NCBI GenBank assembly: GCA_963781585.1
Contig: CAWAGQ010000013.1
Span: 416,001 to 480,000 of the forward strand
DNA from: an uncultured Gemmatimonadaceae bacterium
GTDB lineage: Bacteria > Gemmatimonadota > Gemmatimonadetes > Gemmatimonadales > Gemmatimonadaceae
Reading direction: 5' to 3'
Length of the DNA: 64,000 bases
Within the stretch, counting starts at the first letter, position 1. Every line of letters begins with the position of its first letter. The notes under the pieces were generated by a model that saw only the letters and a program-made list of their open reading frames with translations, was not told where the DNA came from and made no database searches. Shown here one piece after another: positions 59,237 through 64,000 of the stretch. The translations under genes and the position numbers were made by a program.

Positions 59237-61864
59237 TCAGTCCGACCGCAATGCCGTCAGCGGGTCGGTCCGCACGGCGCGTCGCGCCGGCATCCAGATG
59301 GCACCGACTGCCACGCCGAACAGCAACGCCGGCGCCGCCACCAGAGTCAGGCCGTCCAGCGCCGTCACCCCGTAGAGCAGCCCGGCGAACACGCGCGCAA
59401 CCGCGAACGTCGCGGTGAGGCCGATGCCGATCCCGGCGCCCGCCAGGACAGCGCCCCGCGTCAGCACCTCACGAAACACCTGGCGCGGTGAGGCGCCGAG
59501 GGCCATGCGCACGCCGAGCTCGCGAGTTCGCTGCGCAACCGTGAACGAGACCACGCCATAGATTCCGACCGCGCCCAGGCCTAACGCCAGCAGGGCGAAG
59601 CCGGTCAGCAGCAGGGCCGTGAACCGCGCCCGCGCGACCGAGGACGATACGATCTCGCCCATGGTCCGCACGTCGGTGACCGGAGCGGTCGGGTCGAGTG
59701 CCGCCACCGCCGCGCGCAGCGTCGACGCGAATGCGGTCGCCTCACCCGCCGTGCGGGCGACGATGGTGAGATCGGTCTCCGGAAGCTGGGCCAGCGGCCG
59801 GTAGATCGTCATCTCGTTGGTGCCGTTGACGCTGTCCTGCTTGACCTCCCGCGCAACGCCCACGATGGTGATCCACGTGCTGGTGTCGGCGGGTGGGCTG
59901 ATGCGTTTGCCGACCGCGTCCTCGTCAGGCCAGAAGTGACGAGCCACCGATTCGCTGACGATGGCCACCGGAGGTGCATGGGCACGATCGGCGCTGGTGA
60001 ATGGGCGCCCGCGCGCGATCGGGATGGACATGGTCTCGAAGTATCGCGGCGTGATGTGCTGCTCGTGTTCGATCATCGGCAGCTCATGCCGCGCATCCTC
60101 ATACTGTCCCTCGACCCGCACGGCCATCCCGTACACGGGTCCGCGGAGCGGCGGCCGGTCGATCGCCGCCACCGCCGTGATCCCCGCGGCCGACTCGAGG
60201 CGCGCAAGAAGGGCGTCGAGGAACGCGGCCCGCCGCGCCGGTTCGCGATAGCTGCCGATCGACAGCGTGACCCGGCCGGCGATCACCCGGTCGCCGCGGA
60301 ATCCCGGATCGACCCGCCGCAGGGCGTCGAAGCTGCGCAGCAGCAACCCCGATGCCGCGACCAATACCACCGCCAGCGCCAGCTGCAGCGCGGTCAGCCC
60401 GCCCGCCAGACGGCGATGCTCGACGTTGGCGGACCCGCCCCGCGCAGCGAGCGCGGCCCCCGGATCGTGGCGCGCCGCCCGCTGGGCCGGGAGGAGTCCG
60501 AACGCGATCCCGCATGAGGCGGTGAGTGCCGCGGTGAACAGGAGCACCCGTCGGTCCACAGCGACTGGCGCCGTGCCGCCGATTTGCGCGGGAAGCCCGG
60601 TGACCAGGGCGTGCACGCCGGCCCAGGCGAGCACAATGCCCACCGCGCCCCCGATGCCCGCCAGCACCAGATTCTCGGTAAGGAGCTGCCGGGTCAATCG
60701 CGCCCCGCTGCACCCCAGCGCCGTGCGGACCGCGAACTCACGGGCGCGGCCGATCGACCGGACCAGCACCAGATTCGCCACGTTGGCGCATGCGATGAGC
60801 AGCAGCGCGAGAACGACGCCAAGCAGGACCAGGAGAGTGGTGCGCGCTGGCCCGGCGATTTCGGACTGAAGCGGCACGACGGTAGCGTCGTCACCGAAGG
60901 TCGGACCGGCGTCCCATAGCGGATTCTCGCGCCGCATGAGGTGTGCGGCGGCCTTCGCGTCACGCTCGGCCTGGGCGAGCGATGCGCCGGCGCGGAGCCG
61001 CGCGAGCGCGTGGTATTTGTACCATCCCCAATAGTTGCCCGCGTTGGTGGGATCGAACGTCGACTGGATCCAGAGTTGTGTCGCGACGGTCGGGAAGTAG
61101 AACGACGGCGGCATAATGCCCACGATGGTGAACCGCACCCCTTCCACCAGAATCGTGCGCCCCACAAGGCCCGTGTCGCCGCCGAATTGCGCGCGCCAGA
61201 AGGCATCGCTCAGGATCGCTTCGCGCGGTGACCCGGGCTTGTTGGCGCCGGGCGAGAAATCGCGGCCCCGCGCCGGCGATACGCCCAGGGTGGTGAAGAG
61301 GTTCTCCGAGACGTCCATGCCCTCGGCGCGCACCGCGGTTGCATCGTCGCCCACGTTCATCTGCCACCCCGAGTAGGTGGCGAACTGCGAGAACGATCGG
61401 GCATGATCGCGGATGCCGAACAGCACACCGGCGGACATGTTGCTCCACACGCTGACCAGCCGGGCGGGCCGTCGGTACGGGGGTGGACGAAACAGCAGCG
61501 CATCGGCGACGCTGAAGATGGCTGTGTTGGCCCCGATGCCCAGCGCCAGCGTGACCACGACCGACGCGGCGTAGCCGGGTCGGGTGACGAGGGCCCGAAG
61601 CGCGAATCGCACGTCCCGCTGCAGATCGCCCATCCATTCCCGGGCCGCGCGACGCTCACGCGCCGACTCATCGAGGTGCTGGAGCTCCGACCGCACCGTG
61701 GTGCCGTCGCCAAACCGGCGCACGGCTTCCCGTTCGGCGTCTTCGCGCGTCATCCCGCGTGCCACGAAGTCGTCGATGCGCCCCTCGACGTGAAAGGCCA
61801 GCTCGTCGTCGATGTCGCGGCGGACGCCGCGGCGTGTGAGGGGAAGACGAAACAAGCGCTTCAC
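59237..61864 (-). CDS. ADOP-family duplicated ABC permease (MacB/FtsX-like)
   Basis: DDELAFH, TLALGIGANTAIFS, LLIACANVANL, RTRELGVRMALGA, DPLTALR. GTG 61864 is coupled to padR. Confidence 0.92.
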   Translation of the reverse strand: MKRLFRLPLTRRGVRRDIDDELAFHVEGRIDDFVARGMTREDAEREAVRRFGDGTTVRSELQHLDESARERRAAREWMGDLQRDVRFALRALVTRPGYAASVVVTLALGIGANTAIFSVADALLFRPPPYRRPARLVSVWSNMSAGVLFGIRDHARSFSQFATYSGWQMNVGDDATAVRAEGMDVSENLFTTLGVSPARGRDFSPGANKPGSPREAILSDAFWRAQFGGDTGLVGRTILVEGVRFTIVGIMPPSFYFPTVATQLWIQSTFDPTNAGNYWGWYKYHALARLRAGASLAQAERDAKAAAHLMRRENPLWDAGPTFGDDATVVPLQSEIAGPARTTLLVLLGVVLALLLIACANVANLVLVRSIGRAREFAVRTALGCSGARLTRQLLTENLVLAGIGGAVGIVLAWAGVHALVTGLPAQIGGTAPVAVDRRVLLFTAALTASCGIAFGLLPAQRAARHDPGAALAARGGSANVEHRRLAGGLTALQLALAVVLVAASGLLLRSFDALRRVDPGFRGDRVIAGRVTLSIGSYREPARRAAFLDALLARLESAAGITAVAAIDRPPLRGPVYGMAVRVEGQYEDARHELPMIEHEQHITPRYFETMSIPIARGRPFTSADRAHAPPVAIVSESVARHFWPDEDAVGKRISPPADTSTWITIVGVAREVKQDSVNGTNEMTIYRPLAQLPETDLTIVARTAGEATAFASTLRAAVAALDPTAPVTDVRTMGEIVSSSVARARFTALLLTGFALLALGLGAVGIYGVVSFTVAQRTRELGVRMALGASPRQVFREVLTRGAVLAGAGIGIGLTATFAVARVFAGLLYGVTALDGLTLVAAPALLFGVAVGAIWMPARRAVRTDPLTALRSD

Positions 61865-62202
61865 GCGCCGGCTCCCCGCGCCGACAGAATGAGGGTGGCA
61901 GCGCGCACGTAACGCTGCCAGAGCGACGTCTGGCCCACGAGCTGCGCGCGCCCGCGGCGCGTCAGGCGATAGAACTTCGCCCGGCGTCCCTGGTCGGTGA
62001 GCCCCCATTCCGACTCGAGCCAGCCCTTCTGCTCCATACGGTGCAGGGCGGGGTAGAGCGCGCCTTCCTCCACCTCGAGGTTTGCTTCGCTGGTGCGTTC
62101 GATCCAGCGCACGACGGCAAGTCCGTGCATGGCACCCCAGCTCAGCGCCTTGAGGATGAACAGGTCGAGCGTTCCGCGAACCAGATCGAGGGTCTGCGCC
62201 AC
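61861..62202 (-). CDS. PadR-family transcriptional regulator
   Basis: GTLDLFILKAL, EEGALYPALHRME, RRAKFYRLT. Confidence 0.92.
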   Translation of the reverse strand: MAQTLDLVRGTLDLFILKALSWGAMHGLAVVRWIERTSEANLEVEEGALYPALHRMEQKGWLESEWGLTDQGRRAKFYRLTRRGRAQLVGQTSLWQRYVRAATLILSARGAGA

Positions 62203-62215
62203 CGGCGGCTCCTAT

Positions 62216-62230
62216 CCTAAGGTTCTTAGG
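62216..62230. promoter_or_regulatory. Putative PadR operator CCTAAG-N3-CTTAGG
   Basis: Perfect inverted repeat 14 nt upstream of the padR start. Confidence 0.6.
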
Positions 62231-62439
62231 TTAGACGCGCGGCGCTGGAAAAAGGTTGGCGGGGGTACCGGGCGTGGTGCGGCGTGGCGTACCGGGCGGG
62301 GAACGAGGAGACGCCGGACGGAAGATCCCGGCGTTCACCCGCCCTGGCGAGGATTGGCGTCGCAGATGCCGGCCATCATATTGGCCGTAGTGACGCGACC
62401 TGCCCGCGAAGCCCCGGCGCGACTTCGGACCCCCGTCGA

Positions 62440-62952
62440 ATGACAACCGACTGGCCCGGCAGCGTCCATCGCGTGCTTCGCACCGCACACGTGCACCAGG
62501 TCGGCGTCGTACCCGACGCAGGTCACGCGCGGTTGATCGCGCTCTGCGAGGCGGACCGTGCCATACGGGTCGTCAGGCTCACCAGCGAGGAACAGGGCGT
62601 CGCGTTGCTGGCCGGAGCCTGGCTCGGCGGCGGGAAAGGCGTGCTGCTCATGCAGAGCAGCGGCACCGGCAACTGCATCAACATGCTCTCGCTCGCGCAG
62701 GCATGCCGGTTTCCGATCGTGATGCTCGTGACCATGCGCGGCGAGCCCGGAGAGACAAACCCGGCGCAGCTCCCGATGGGAGGCGCGACGCAGCGCGTGC
62801 TGGAGGCGATGGGCGTCGCGGTGTCCCGCGTGGACCAAGCCGATGATGTCGCGCCTACGGTCGCGGCAGTGCTCGAACGCGCGTATTTACTCGAGCGCGC
62901 GCACGCGGTACTCATCGCGCAGCAGGTGCTTGGCTTCAAGGAGTTCAAATGA
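62440..62952 (+). CDS. Sulfopyruvate/phosphonopyruvate decarboxylase-like alpha subunit (ComD-like)
   Basis: VPDAGH, EEQGV, LMQSSGTGN, TMRG. Confidence 0.8.
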   Translation: MTTDWPGSVHRVLRTAHVHQVGVVPDAGHARLIALCEADRAIRVVRLTSEEQGVALLAGAWLGGGKGVLLMQSSGTGNCINMLSLAQACRFPIVMLVTMRGEPGETNPAQLPMGGATQRVLEAMGVAVSRVDQADDVAPTVAAVLERAYLLERAHAVLIAQQVLGFKEFK

Positions 62953-63638
62953 GCGCGGGTATGTCCGCACGGGGAACACCGCCGAAGCGCGACGCGGCCG
63001 GGAAGGGCGAGCGGGGAGCCGCGCTGCACCGTCGCGACGTGGTGCAACGCCTCCTCACCGAACGCGGCGACCTGCTCGTGATCGCGGGGCTGGGAGCGCC
63101 GGCGTGGGACGTCGCCGCCGCGGGCGACCGCGCGCTCGATTTCCCGATGTGGGGCGCGATGGGCGGCGCATCCATGGTGGGGCTCGGCCTCGCCCTCGCG
63201 CAGCCGAAACGCGGAGTGCTGGTGATCACCGGGGACGGCGAGATGCTCATGGGGCTCGGTGCGCTGGCGACGATTGCCGTGCAGCGGCCGCGGAATCTCG
63301 CTATCGTCGTCCTGGACAACCAGCGGTACGGCGAGACGGGCATGCAGCGGACCCACACCGCGTACGGCGTCGATCTCGCGGGGATGGCGAAGGCGGCAGG
63401 ATTCCGGCAGGTGCGGCGCGTGCGCACGCGTTCGGGGGTGGCGCGATTGGCCAGACTCGTGCTTCGCGGTGCCGGACCGGTATTCGGCGTGGTCACGGTG
63501 AGGGCGGAGAGGCCGCCGCTCGTTCTTCCGTCGAAGGATGGAGTGTGGCTCAAGCAGCGATTCCGCGCGGCGCTGGGCGCGAGCGTTGTGCCTACGCGCG
63601 GAGCCAGTCGGCCCGCCAGGTCTGAATCGCCTCCTTGA
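62949..63638 (+). CDS. TPP-binding decarboxylase beta subunit (ComE-like)
   Basis: GAMGGA, TGDGEMLM...LDNQRYGETG TPP motif; ATGA coupling. Confidence 0.82.
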   Translation: MSAGMSARGTPPKRDAAGKGERGAALHRRDVVQRLLTERGDLLVIAGLGAPAWDVAAAGDRALDFPMWGAMGGASMVGLGLALAQPKRGVLVITGDGEMLMGLGALATIAVQRPRNLAIVVLDNQRYGETGMQRTHTAYGVDLAGMAKAAGFRQVRRVRTRSGVARLARLVLRGAGPVFGVVTVRAERPPLVLPSKDGVWLKQRFRAALGASVVPTRGASRPARSESPP

Positions 63639-64000
63639 TCGACTTCTGATCGGCTAGTTCCCCCCCCGCCGCGCGCCTGACGAGACCGGGGAGCTCGGCA
63701 TCCGAGGCAAACCGCAGCGCCACGATCTGCCCCCGCGAGAGCTTCGCGATGTCGCCGACCATATCGGCAGGCAGCAGACGTTGCATGCGCAGCGTCTCCT
63801 CGAGTCGGATGACCCGGTCCTGTACACTCACGGCCATCGTCCGGGACGCCACCACCGCGGCAACGATCGCCAGGGCCCACAGCGCGGAGCTGACGGTGGC
63901 CACGCTCGGCTCCTGGAAGGCGGTGGAGATGGCCAGCGCCGCGTACCCCGATGTCACGGGAAGCGCGAAGAAGTGGTACAGAGGGAAGTACCGCGCGTGA
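63592..64000 (-). CDS. DUF6526-like membrane protein (partial, 5' end outside window)
   Basis: Frame open to the window end: PLYHFFALP, VQDRVIRLEE, VALRFASDAEL, IKEAIQTWRADWLR. Confidence 0.75.
   Translation of the reverse strand, partial: HARYFPLYHFFALPVTSGYAALAISTAFQEPSVATVSSALWALAIVAAVVASRTMAVSVQDRVIRLEETLRMQRLLPADMVGDIAKLSRGQIVALRFASDAELPGLVRRAAGGELADQKSIKEAIQTWRADWLRA

Overview
High-GC (roughly 70%) bacterial chromosome window. Gene content (ADOP-type permease with PadR, VPS10/BNR protein, DUF2911, PD40-amidohydrolase, Gly/Arg-rich inserts) suggests Gemmatimonadota or a similar soil/sediment lineage; this is inference. The left 35 kb holds a GH29 fucosidase, several two-component systems (including a REC-TrxB fusion and a sigma54 module), an OsmC protein with a likely selenocysteine UGA and SECIS-like hairpin, and a three-gene 2-oxoacid oxidoreductase operon. 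The region 35.4-59.2 kb is an anaerobic benzoyl-CoA degradation cluster: class I bcrCBAD (bcrC has a 1-nt frameshift), dch, had, oah, thiolase, SDR, TetR, an Hcr-like molybdoenzyme and a divergent HAD/ECH fusion. Embedded in it is an unusual second radical-dehydratase-type module: a ketopantoate-reductase domain fused to a Cys-less 2-hydroxyacyl-CoA dehydratase domain, a canonical dehydratase subunit, two activator ATPases and a CoA ligase. Across the whole window the octamer CGTTAGGC/GCCTAACG is strongly over-represented, independent of strand and reading frame. No rRNA, tRNA, CRISPR array or mobile element was recognised. All calls come from reading motifs by eye; no database searches were run.
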